The translations under genes and the position numbers were made by a program. From NCBI GenBank assembly GCA_041670805.1, contig JBAXYM010000003.1:16406-80405 (forward strand): a stretch of DNA of 64,000 nucleotides, read 5' to 3'. Numbering within the stretch: position 1 is the first letter of the stretch; the number at the start of each line of letters is the position of its first letter. Below, piece by piece: positions 19,841 to 29,377 of this stretch. The DNA is from Patescibacteria group bacterium. GTDB taxonomy: Bacteria; Patescibacteriota; Minisyncoccia; JAHIHE01; JAGLIN01. The notes beneath the pieces were generated by a model. It worked only from the letters and a program-made list of their open reading frames with translations. It was not told where the DNA came from and ran no database searches.

Positions 19841-21470
19841 TCTTGCCCCAACTGAAAATATATAGGGCAGCAGGTTGCTTTCTTTTTTCTAATATACCAA
19901 CTAGGTTATGTAATTTCTCTTTGTCCTCCTTAAAGTAAATAGCTGTAATTTTTCCCAATCCTTCAAATATTTGCCACCAATTATTTTTCTCAACTTCATT
20001 TAATGTGCTTTCGCGCAAAGCAATCATTTCACCAGCCTGATAAGTTAACTTAATTTTTGCATTATCTGGTGTACCATGTAATTTTTCGATATCGACCAAA
20101 TCAGTTTTATAATAGCGAAGATTGCCACCTAAGCCTTCTACTTGCTCTCCTTTTTTATTTTTATACCCCTTCATTACACGCTTAATTCGTTCATATGTTA
20201 CTTCTTCACAGATGTTATTTTCGTTATTTGTGCATAGAATAAATTTGCGGTTCCCGCCATCTTGTTTATTTAATTCAAGAACAGCATGGCCGGTAGTACC
20301 TGAACCCGCAAAAAAATCAAGTACTTTAATGTTTTTTGTGATTGATCCCATTTCAATGATTCTCTTTATCATTTCTACTGGCTTTGGATATCCGAATATC
20401 TTTTTTTCAAGAATTTCCTTTAGCAGCAATGTTCCTTTTTCTGTATTTACATCTTTATCGTCCCAAATCGAGCGCACCATCTTTTCTTTCTTTCTATATT
20501 TTTCAACTATCTGATATCCGCCATCTTGCATCTTTTTCGCAGCTATTTCAATATTAAGATTTTCTAAGGATTTAGACTTACCCCATCTCCAGACTGTTTT
20601 TATGCCCTGTGACTCTTTAGGAAAAAGCTCAAACCAGCCAGGCTTTTTATCTAGGGATATTTCAAAAAAACCGTTGTCTAATTGTTTATTAGGATTGATA
20701 TAAAAGGGGTAATAAAGATTCGGTCTATTTTTATCATTAAAAGCAATGTTGCGATTCCTTAATTCTCTGGTTTCAAATCCGCCTAATGCATCCTGAAACG
20801 GAAATTCCTTATTCTCATCAGATATGCTGAATATTTCAGATTGATCAGTTGATGAATACACCAAAACATAGTCGTGCATTCTAGCAACGCCACCATAGTC
20901 ACGTCCTCGAGGGTTACCTTTAACGGTTATAGATGCTCGATAATTATTTTCTCCAAAAATAATATCACAGAGTGATTTTAAATTTGCATACTCATTGTCA
21001 TCTATGCTAATAAAAATTAGGCCTGTTTTCTTAAGTAAGTTTCTTGCTAAGGTTAGCCTATTATACATAAAAGAAACCCACTTGCTGTGACGAAAGTTAT
21101 CATCCAAATCCACAAATTTATCATTATAGGCAAAATCTTGATTGCCGGTGTTATAGGGCGGATCAATATATATGACATCAAAACTATTTTTATGGGTATA
21201 ATTCAGAACTGTTAAGGCATGATAATTATCCCCCTCAATCAAAATATTTTCATCCTTCGATTTGTCTGTGATAATCACAGGATCGATTTCCTTCCTTTTT
21301 TCTTTTAGTTGTAGGATAGGTATATTGCGTTTACAATCCATAACAATTTCTTCTGGTTTATCTTCCCAAACTAAACCATAAGTTTTTTGCTTCTTAATTT
21401 TCTTAAGCTCAGTTTCTAGCTCGGAAATTCTCTGCAATAGGGTTTTTTCTTTATTTTGATCCAACATCAT
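19746..21470 (-). CDS. mod: Type III-like DNA methyltransferase (Mod), beta-class N6-adenine MTase
   Basis: 574 aa; motif IV VIYIDPPYNTGN followed by motif I VLDFFAGSGTTGHAV; immediately upstream of res on the same strand. Confidence 0.7.
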   Translation of the reverse strand: MMLDQNKEKTLLQRISELETELKKIKKQKTYGLVWEDKPEEIVMDCKRNIPILQLKEKRKEIDPVIITDKSKDENILIEGDNYHALTVLNYTHKNSFDVIYIDPPYNTGNQDFAYNDKFVDLDDNFRHSKWVSFMYNRLTLARNLLKKTGLIFISIDDNEYANLKSLCDIIFGENNYRASITVKGNPRGRDYGGVARMHDYVLVYSSTDQSEIFSISDENKEFPFQDALGGFETRELRNRNIAFNDKNRPNLYYPFYINPNKQLDNGFFEISLDKKPGWFELFPKESQGIKTVWRWGKSKSLENLNIEIAAKKMQDGGYQIVEKYRKKEKMVRSIWDDKDVNTEKGTLLLKEILEKKIFGYPKPVEMIKRIIEMGSITKNIKVLDFFAGSGTTGHAVLELNKQDGGNRKFILCTNNENNICEEVTYERIKRVMKGYKNKKGEQVEGLGGNLRYYKTDLVDIEKLHGTPDNAKIKLTYQAGEMIALRESTLNEVEKNNWWQIFEGLGKITAIYFKEDKEKLHNLVGILEKRKQPAALYIFSWGKNEYTNEYSSDNIHVEDIPEPILEVYKEINRL

Positions 21471-21691
21471 ATATTTTAATTTTCATCATTGTTAATTTTT
21501 CAATAATAGTTTTTACAACCTATTAGAAATCGGTATTAAACTATCGTTACTTTACCTCTTTTTACGCTAAAAGTAAAGAAAAATTGGCAATTCCATATCG
21601 TTTAGAAGACTTAAGTTATCAACAGCTAGTAGTCTGGACGCCCCGCGTGCTATGTGTCATTCATTGTAGTGTAATAAATAAGGGAAAATGT

Positions 21692-23014
21692 ATGGAAATT
21701 AAGGAATTTCAGACTCCAAATCAAATAATCACTGCAAAAGAAGACATAAAATATTGTCTATATGCCCGTAAATCAACCGAATCGGAAGAAAGGCAGGTCC
21801 TTTCGATAGATAGTCAAGTCAAAGAAATGTTGGAGCTAGCAAATCGAGAGAACTTGAATGTTATCGAGATAAGGAGAGAATCCCACAGTGCCAAAGAAAC
21901 TGGCCAGCGAAAAATATTCAACGAACTTGTAGCAGATATTAGAACGGGTAAATTCAATGCTATCCTTACTTGGGCACCGGACAGAATATCCAGAAATGCC
22001 GGAGATCTGGGAGCGATAGTAGATCTGATGGATCAAGGAGTATTGAAAGAAATCAGAACTTATGGACAGAAATTCGGAAATAATCCTAATGAAAAATTTT
22101 TACTGATGATATTAGGATCCCAAGCTAAACTTGAGAATGATAATCGAGGAGTTAATGTCCGGCGTGGATTACGGACCAGAGCAGAGATGGGACTATGGGT
22201 AGGAGTGGCACCGCTGGGGTACTTAAACCAAAAAAGAATGGACAAGAAGTGCCAAGTTATCCAAGATCCATTAAGAGCTCCTGTGATTAAGCAGATATTT
22301 GAAAAAGTAGCTTATGAGAAATATAGCGGAAGACAAGTATATAACTGGCTAAAACATGACCTTAATTTCTACACTAGAGGTAACAAACCATTAACCTTAA
22401 GCGGAGTATATAGAGTTTTGGATAACCATTTCTATTATGGCATGTTTGAACGACCAGTCGGAAGTGGTAATTGGTACCACGGAAAACACAAAACCTTAAT
22501 TACACAAGAACTATTTGAAAAAGCCCAGGCACAATTAAAACGAGATAAGATTGTTAGGGAAAACAAAGAGTTTGCATTTACTAAGCTAATCACTTGCGGA
22601 TTATGTGGATCGGGAATATCAGCAGAAGAAAAATATAAAGAACTCAAAGACGGAACAACGGCTCATTACATTTATTATGGATGCAGTCGGGCCAGAGACA
22701 GGGATTGCAAGAATAAGTATATCCGAGAAGAGGAACTTATCGCGGAACTTTTAAAAATACTTGATAAGATAGATATAAATGAACTAGGAATGAGAACTAG
22801 ACTAGAGATGGAAGTTGATAGGTTTAACAAATTCCAAAACATGGTATTCGGAGAAAAATCTAGTATTAAAAAACAAAAGCCCGCAGTTGATTTGCGAGTT
22901 TATGCAAAATATGTGCTTAAAGAAGGAAGTGCTACGGAGAAGAGAGAATTACTGGCTAATTTGAGAAGCAGGATAGTGTTGAGAGAGAAGAGGTTAACGC
23001 TAATTAAAGAGTAA
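21692..23014 (+). CDS. Large serine recombinase (resolvase/invertase-type catalytic domain plus recombinase and zinc-ribbon domains)
   Basis: Catalytic CLYARKSTESEE (Ser nucleophile), C-terminal CGLCGS...YYGCSRAR zinc ribbon; ORF track begins at 21584 but the paralogue 42332-43651 and an RBS-like aagggaaaa support the Met at 21692. Confidence 0.8.
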   Translation: MEIKEFQTPNQIITAKEDIKYCLYARKSTESEERQVLSIDSQVKEMLELANRENLNVIEIRRESHSAKETGQRKIFNELVADIRTGKFNAILTWAPDRISRNAGDLGAIVDLMDQGVLKEIRTYGQKFGNNPNEKFLLMILGSQAKLENDNRGVNVRRGLRTRAEMGLWVGVAPLGYLNQKRMDKKCQVIQDPLRAPVIKQIFEKVAYEKYSGRQVYNWLKHDLNFYTRGNKPLTLSGVYRVLDNHFYYGMFERPVGSGNWYHGKHKTLITQELFEKAQAQLKRDKIVRENKEFAFTKLITCGLCGSGISAEEKYKELKDGTTAHYIYYGCSRARDRDCKNKYIREEELIAELLKILDKIDINELGMRTRLEMEVDRFNKFQNMVFGEKSSIKKQKPAVDLRVYAKYVLKEGSATEKRELLANLRSRIVLREKRLTLIKE

Positions 23015-24551
23015 AGTTTTCAGGAAATATTTTTTTAATATAATTATCATCAAATAATTCTTTGATTACCACTGAGTGTTCTTTACAATAATTATTAGTA
23101 TAGGAATAAAAGGGCCAAGTGCTTTTTTCTTTATCCAATATCTTGGTTTCAATAAAGGATTTAAATGAAGTCTGCTGCATAGCTTGAATGGCAATTTCAA
23201 ATTCTTCAATACACATTATCGAATATGGATATTTTTCCAAGAGTTCTAGTGACAGCTTATTTTCTCTAAACAGATTAATAACCTTTTCTTTTACTAAGTT
23301 ATTAACACCGATATCATTATGGCCCGACATAAACCAGTTCTCTAAAGTCAATATCAAAGGATATATTGATTGGTTATTATATTTGCAACTGGTATATAAG
23401 TTGTTTAAATAATCATCTAATGTTTTATAAAGTTGAAAAATACCTTCCGCTAAAATGCTATAATCTTTATCAGCTTTTTCATTAATATCTATCAATATTT
23501 GAGAGTCTATCGACAATCTTTTAGCTTTGCATTCGATGAATAATAGTTCTTTATTGTCGCTTACGATAAAATCAACTGTCTTTTTTGGAATTCCAGGTCT
23601 GGGATAATATTCTTCATCTCGATAAATTCTGAGATTTCGCAAATTAGTCTTTTCCAAAACTTCATTTATATAATTCTCGAAAGCTTTCCCATAAATATTA
23701 TCAAAGTCCTTTTCTTTTACGAGATCATAATATACACCTCCTGTTAACCTCCAAAATAAAAAGGTCGGTATAGGGCAAATCAATGCTTCCTTTCCCATAT
23801 TAGTGCATCGGATAATTGGGTAATATCTGAGCGGATTAAATTGATATAGAAAATTCTCATCTATTTTATTGGAATTGGCTATTATCTTTTTAAAATTTGA
23901 AATGTCTTCGGCAAAATATTTGAGAAATTTATCAAGCTTTTCTTTATTAATTTCTTCTACCTCAATTTGTGGTGGATAATATATTATAAGATTGTTTATA
24001 TAAACTCTCAATAATAACATGCCTATTGTATATATATCTTTGATGGATAGACCATATTTATTTTGAACGATAAAATCAATATTTTCATCGCTATAGATCG
24101 AAAAATATCTAAACATCATGGAAGACTGCGGTTTTTGTATTTGCCAGGGTGATTCTAGAAAAAATATCCTGCGCAACTCACTAAGTATATTGGTTTGATT
24201 TAAATATAGCTGAGATATCTTCCCTTCCAGTGTCTTTAATTTATTAATTGAATCAGCTAAATAATCCCATTTTTTTAAAGATGATAGGAATTGATTTGGT
24301 TCGATATCTTGGGCATTTAAAATTATTTCTCTGGCCAATGTAGCAAGATTCCATTCAGCCATCCATCTTCTTTTTTCAATATCATTTGCTTGCAAATACT
24401 CCCTTATAACTTGGACGTCTTGTGGCAATGATTGGCTGAACTGAAGATATTGCATGTATGCCCTAATAACACCAAGAGATTCCCATAAAGGGACTTTTCT
24501 GAGTTTGTTCCTGAGTGGTTTATAATAGCTAAACAATGAATCTTCTAGCAT
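23004..24551 (-). CDS. Hypothetical protein with a possible PD-(D/E)xK nuclease core
   Basis: 515 aa; KTVDFIVSDNKELLFIECKAKR fits a D...ExK motif; co-oriented with and upstream of the helicase gene. Confidence 0.3.
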   Translation of the reverse strand: MLEDSLFSYYKPLRNKLRKVPLWESLGVIRAYMQYLQFSQSLPQDVQVIREYLQANDIEKRRWMAEWNLATLAREIILNAQDIEPNQFLSSLKKWDYLADSINKLKTLEGKISQLYLNQTNILSELRRIFFLESPWQIQKPQSSMMFRYFSIYSDENIDFIVQNKYGLSIKDIYTIGMLLLRVYINNLIIYYPPQIEVEEINKEKLDKFLKYFAEDISNFKKIIANSNKIDENFLYQFNPLRYYPIIRCTNMGKEALICPIPTFLFWRLTGGVYYDLVKEKDFDNIYGKAFENYINEVLEKTNLRNLRIYRDEEYYPRPGIPKKTVDFIVSDNKELLFIECKAKRLSIDSQILIDINEKADKDYSILAEGIFQLYKTLDDYLNNLYTSCKYNNQSIYPLILTLENWFMSGHNDIGVNNLVKEKVINLFRENKLSLELLEKYPYSIMCIEEFEIAIQAMQQTSFKSFIETKILDKEKSTWPFYSYTNNYCKEHSVVIKELFDDNYIKKIFPENFTL

Positions 24552-24621
24552 TTTTATATAAGATTAAACTCTAAATATCTTTATTATAATTATAAGGGCA
24601 GTAACTATTGAAAAATATGAC

Positions 24622-27330
24622 TTAGAGATTAAACTTTGATGACAACAACGCTGCATCTCTTCCATTGTTTCTTTTTTCTAATCCACTCAATACTTTATTT
24701 TCTGTTTCTGCCGTCCAATATATTTTTAATTTCTCCTTTGCACGTGTTATAGCCGTATAAAAAATATTATGCGAAATCATTTCCTCAATCTCGTCAGTAA
24801 TAACAATTTTAACCGAATTATATTCCAATCCTTGAGCCTTATGGATTGAAACGGCATAAGCAATTTGAAACGGAACTATAGTGTCTGAAGCAGAATCATC
24901 ATCTTCATCGGTACTTCTGTGTTTGTTAACAAAAAAACGAATTACTGATTTGCTCTTATCGGAATTTGGCATCAATTGAAAATCATATCTCTCTGCATCA
25001 AGCTGATTTATTACCTTATCATCAAGCTCAATATCGAATTGAATTTTATCATTAAAAATTTCTATACCAACTATTTTGCCTTTTAAGTTGTTATAAATCA
25101 AAGGCGCGAATCTTTCTGATTCATTAAACAAAATAGGGTCGTTAACTTTATAAGTGTGAACGCCCCATTGCATAGGAGCATTTTCATTATTCCCTTGCAA
25201 AAATCTGTTGATATTATTTATTCCGTAAAGTCCGTCATAGTTTAAACATAAAATTATTTCATCCTCTTCGGAGTGTTCAAAAATTGATTCGTCTAAGACA
25301 ATTGAATACTTATTTTTCGTAATGTGCTCCAAAATATCTTCATCTATATTTCTAACCCTATTCCACAATGTAAGCAAATGGGGATTATTACTACGATAAG
25401 GTTTAATCAATTCAAATATAGAAGTTTTTGGAACAAAAGACTTCGCTATATTAAACCAGTTTCCAAAAAGTATTGATTCTATCTGAAAATCATCGCCTAC
25501 CAAGACTAATAATTTAAAGGATGCTTTCTCTAAAACTTTACGCATATCAGAATTGCTAACCGTACTACACTCATCAATAATTAATAAATCAAATTCAGTA
25601 TCAGAATTTTTCTCAGATAAAAATTTAGCTATTGTTTTAAAGGTGCCATTAGCAGCATTCACTCTTCTTCTTAAATTATCAACTGCCGGATTAGTATTCG
25701 CCAAATAGAGCTTGCTTTCATTATTAAAGAAGTTCGATATATAGTTTATCATGGTAGATTTCCCTGTTCCGGCAGAGCCATATATAAGAGCCACCATTGA
25801 ATTCTCAAACATCTTTCTCAAAGCTTCTTTCTTTTCGGGACAATCAATGTGATAAGTTAGCGACTGCAACCATGCATTAACAGAGTTTGAGTAGTTTTTT
25901 ACACCACTCAAGGATAGATCTTTAAGTTTTTGAATAATTTGGAGAGTATCTTTTTCGTAGCCTCTTATATAGATATAATCTTTATAACTTTCTAATCTGC
26001 GATCTGTATGTTTATAGTACAGGGCCTTATTATACAATTGTATGAGACTATCAATATTTTCAAAGCCGGTTATATCTTTTTTGGAAATGTAAAGCTGTCC
26101 TTTTATTTCGGTATTGTTTCTTATAAATCTTGCGAATATCTCATGTGTTCGATTTGTTGAATCTATACAATCAAATAAATCTGAGCTTTTTGGATTATGA
26201 TCTATTAATGAAGTATTAAGCGGCATTTGATCAAATGGGATGCATCCGTATTTAAGATTTAAATTTGATAATTTTTCACATTCCTCATTCTCATATTGTT
26301 GTTTAATAATTTTATTGTTTAGCTTATAAAGCAAATATCTAATAACATTACTTCCCTGGCTATTGTTTTTTATTAGTTCACGACTTTTATCTAAAGCATC
26401 CAAGAAATGAGTCGTCTTCGCTTTTTGAGTGATCTGGCTTTTAATACTCTGATAATAATTATCTGCAAAATCAATAGTTTCAACGAGATTCAGATTATAT
26501 GCTGTTAAAAATTTCATTAATTCACGATATTCAATATTTCCACTTTGTATCTTGGAGTGACTGCCAAATATATCAGCAAAATGATCAAGTTCACACGGAC
26601 GAATTGATACTTTCCAACCATCAATAATTTGAATAGGCATTTCTTTACCCAAAATTTGTATATTATCGTTGCTTATTAATAGCTTTACAGCATAATTTTG
26701 AGATATATCAAGTTTTGTAAACGCAATAATCCTATCGAATTTGCTTGCTTTGTCGTTAGCTGTTGTAAAAGTCACCTCGTAATAGACTTCACAACTGATA
26801 AAAAACGGTTTTATTTTCTGAATATAATATCGATCGTCATAGGTGTTTTTTATCCTCGTTGATTCTGGCTGGTTAATTTTTTCAACTATTTTCTCATAAT
26901 AGTCTTGAAGGGCAGGATCGGTCTTTATGGGAAATTTACTTATATTATCAAGAACATCAAGATCGTAAGTGTTTTTTAAAAACGTTTTTATTCTTAGCAA
27001 GTATTCATAATATTTTAGCATTAATCTTACTGAATTATCTTCATCAGGGGTATAATGAGAAGCAGTAATTTGCAAGAGTTTATGAAGTTTTCTTAAAAAA
27101 GTTAAATCTCCTCTAGTTTTTATATAAGCATTTGCTTTTACAATATTATCATAAGTATTTTCAATATCCTGCCCGTTGCTATATATTTTCAGTGAAATAT
27201 GCTCAACGAAATTTCTAAGTTGTGATAAGATATTCTGCGATAACAAGTCTCTGTCACAGGGATCAAACTTTTCAATATTATTACAAATAACTTTATCAAT
27301 TCCTAGAATTTCATCATCAATTTTATTCAT
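24622..27330 (-). CDS. SF1 (RecD/Pif1/UvrD_C-like) helicase with an unrecognised ~500-aa N-terminal region
   Basis: 902 aa; Walker A ALIYGSAGTGKST, Walker B LLIIDECSTV, C-terminal AVSIHKAQGLEYNSVKIV ... FYTAITRAKEKL. Confidence 0.6.
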   Translation of the reverse strand: MNKIDDEILGIDKVICNNIEKFDPCDRDLLSQNILSQLRNFVEHISLKIYSNGQDIENTYDNIVKANAYIKTRGDLTFLRKLHKLLQITASHYTPDEDNSVRLMLKYYEYLLRIKTFLKNTYDLDVLDNISKFPIKTDPALQDYYEKIVEKINQPESTRIKNTYDDRYYIQKIKPFFISCEVYYEVTFTTANDKASKFDRIIAFTKLDISQNYAVKLLISNDNIQILGKEMPIQIIDGWKVSIRPCELDHFADIFGSHSKIQSGNIEYRELMKFLTAYNLNLVETIDFADNYYQSIKSQITQKAKTTHFLDALDKSRELIKNNSQGSNVIRYLLYKLNNKIIKQQYENEECEKLSNLNLKYGCIPFDQMPLNTSLIDHNPKSSDLFDCIDSTNRTHEIFARFIRNNTEIKGQLYISKKDITGFENIDSLIQLYNKALYYKHTDRRLESYKDYIYIRGYEKDTLQIIQKLKDLSLSGVKNYSNSVNAWLQSLTYHIDCPEKKEALRKMFENSMVALIYGSAGTGKSTMINYISNFFNNESKLYLANTNPAVDNLRRRVNAANGTFKTIAKFLSEKNSDTEFDLLIIDECSTVSNSDMRKVLEKASFKLLVLVGDDFQIESILFGNWFNIAKSFVPKTSIFELIKPYRSNNPHLLTLWNRVRNIDEDILEHITKNKYSIVLDESIFEHSEEDEIILCLNYDGLYGINNINRFLQGNNENAPMQWGVHTYKVNDPILFNESERFAPLIYNNLKGKIVGIEIFNDKIQFDIELDDKVINQLDAERYDFQLMPNSDKSKSVIRFFVNKHRSTDEDDDSASDTIVPFQIAYAVSIHKAQGLEYNSVKIVITDEIEEMISHNIFYTAITRAKEKLKIYWTAETENKVLSGLEKRNNGRDAALLSSKFNL

Positions 27331-27543
27331 ATTTTTACCTTCATTTATATGTTGAAAAGATAGACACCTGATCTGCTTTCATATTTATAATATGCCTTAA
27401 AAAGACCGAAAAGTAAAGAATAAAATGAACTTACTATCAGTCAAACGGTAGTGGTTTTTGCTTATAACAAAAACCAGATCCAATTGGATCTGGTTTCACG
27501 CAGGGGGTATGTTTGGTTTGTCCTTGTAGTTTAACATAGAAAA

Positions 27544-27718
27544 CACCCAACAAAATCTGGGTATTCGGGTCTATCCGATACTAAATTGTCTTGGCGGTGT
27601 AAGTGGGTTAAGTACCCATAGCTTACAATCAGTGTAAGGCTTTTCAGGCAGTTTGACTAGAAGCGGTTTTGAGGTACTTGGGTCGGGGTCTAAAATGCAG
27701 AATGAGACAAATGAGACA
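27544..27718. repeat. Junction of islands A and B: ~54-bp repeat Y (duplicate of the tRNA-Ser 3' end plus downstream flank and dyad hairpin) directly followed by repeat X copy 2
   Basis: 27553-27596 ctgggtattcgggtctatccgatactaaattgtcttggcgg matches 47869-47912; 27593-27718 matches 7497-7622. Confidence 0.7.
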
Positions 27719-27748
27719 GTATAAAAATAAATATGTTCTTGTCTCATT

Positions 27749-28807
27749 TTAGACAGTTTGACTAGAGCTGCCTGTTTTATCAGACGAAAAAATTCTAAGA
27801 TAGTGTTCATTAAGAAGTGGTAGTGAAGCGGAAAGGAAAGATCTTTGTATTGCGGTTGTTAGAGCAAAGGCTAACTCTGTTTTTCCTTCCTTTATCAGAG
27901 CGTGTACCTCTTCTCTTTGTTCAGGAAAACTGTCAAGGGTTTTTTCGAGACTTTGCATTGTTTCTTCTTGGCTTAAGTTTGACATGGATAATACCCAATC
28001 AATATGAAATTTAACCTTGTCATTATTATCACTCATATTTTTAAGAATTTTTCTATATCTAGCAGGAAATATTTTATTTACGTGCTCAACTTGAAATTCA
28101 TCAAGAAAATCACCTGCAGGAGGGCTAAAGGCAAATTTTTCGAATAATGGAAGTGGCTGAAGCGCCATTGGAAAATTAGCGACAAAGGCTTCGCTAACTA
28201 GCTGTATTGCTTCAATGATTGATTTTATTCCTAATTCTAATCCTCGTTGACTGAATGTAATCGTATTGCTATTTCTCAAGGAACGAAACGATCCGGAAGA
28301 TCCTTGTGTGTGAACATATACCGATAATGAGTTGTAAAATTCTCCAATTCTCTGACTCCATAGAAGTTGAGATTCAAGTAAAGCAATTTTAGGATTATTC
28401 TTCAAGAGGTAGTCTACTAAAAATTTTCTTGTAGGAGTCCTCTCGTCTCCAGAAATCCAGCGGAGAAAGCTCTCGATATCTTCATTGGTAAAATAATAAA
28501 TACTCATTAGATTAAGCTCGACAAAGCTTCGTAAGGATCGGAAGCTTTCCTTGTACATGCCAGAAAGAACAAGTGTTATTGCTGAATTAAGCTCTTGTCC
28601 TGCTTCATGTAGACAATAACTCCAAGGTGGTAAGAAACCATATTTATTATCCAATATGAGAGGAACGACAAATTGCTCTTCAGAAAATCCTAAAAGCGAA
28701 CTATTTAATTTATTATGAAGATCTTTATGTGTGCTCAGCCATTTTGAACTTTCTTTAGCGCAAGAACTTAATGCCTTAGTGTTGTAAGTGAAATTTGAGT
28801 CAATCAT
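27749..28807 (-). CDS. Hypothetical protein
   Basis: 352-aa ORF at the left end of island B; no motif recognised. Confidence 0.3.
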   Translation of the reverse strand: MIDSNFTYNTKALSSCAKESSKWLSTHKDLHNKLNSSLLGFSEEQFVVPLILDNKYGFLPPWSYCLHEAGQELNSAITLVLSGMYKESFRSLRSFVELNLMSIYYFTNEDIESFLRWISGDERTPTRKFLVDYLLKNNPKIALLESQLLWSQRIGEFYNSLSVYVHTQGSSGSFRSLRNSNTITFSQRGLELGIKSIIEAIQLVSEAFVANFPMALQPLPLFEKFAFSPPAGDFLDEFQVEHVNKIFPARYRKILKNMSDNNDKVKFHIDWVLSMSNLSQEETMQSLEKTLDSFPEQREEVHALIKEGKTELAFALTTAIQRSFLSASLPLLNEHYLRIFSSDKTGSSSQTV

Positions 28808-29377
28808 ATAAAAATAAGATTATTTTAAATATTTTATCATATAACTGATTATAAAGAAATAATCAGTCGTATAGCTGATTTTAGGTGCTTATATGAGAAG
28901 CAAGACGAGGCAAAGAAGACATAATATATTGTAAGGATTGCAAACATATGTTTCGTCTCATTTGACACAATATTTCCATATGTGATATATTATTAATACA
29001 ATTTAATAAACCTGTATCTCTCTAAGACAAAAGAGGGCGAATAAAATTTATGTTAGAACCTTGTTCAAAAAACTACATAAATAATATTCATTGTTCTATT
29101 TTGTTTGAGATAGAATTTCATTTCAGTTTTGAGGCAGTGCCACAAAAATCAAAACAAGGATGATTATTCGGATGGATTTCTAATGCTCTATATGTTCTTA
29201 TCGGGTCCTTTGACCAAAAAGGATAAGACATATATCAAGGTTATAAATCGAAGGAAATAAACAAGCTTATGCTGTTTGTTGCTTTTGATTCATAACCTTT
29301 TTTGATTAAGCAATACCCAGCTAACTTGCAGCTGGGTATTTTATTGTCCAGCAAAACTAATAAAATAATCAATACTT

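Noticed and set aside
21584-21691. Longer N-terminus of the island-A serine recombinase from the ORF track
   Set aside because: The island-B paralogue starts at the equivalent of 21692, an RBS-like aagggaaaa precedes that ATG, and the upstream 108 nt are part of the conserved non-coding leader.
27591-27612. A second tRNA gene at the A/B junction
   Set aside because: Only the last 6 nt (tggcgg, i.e. CCGCCA) of tRNA-Ser plus flank are present; no acceptor/T/anticodon arms. It is an att-type duplicate, not a gene.
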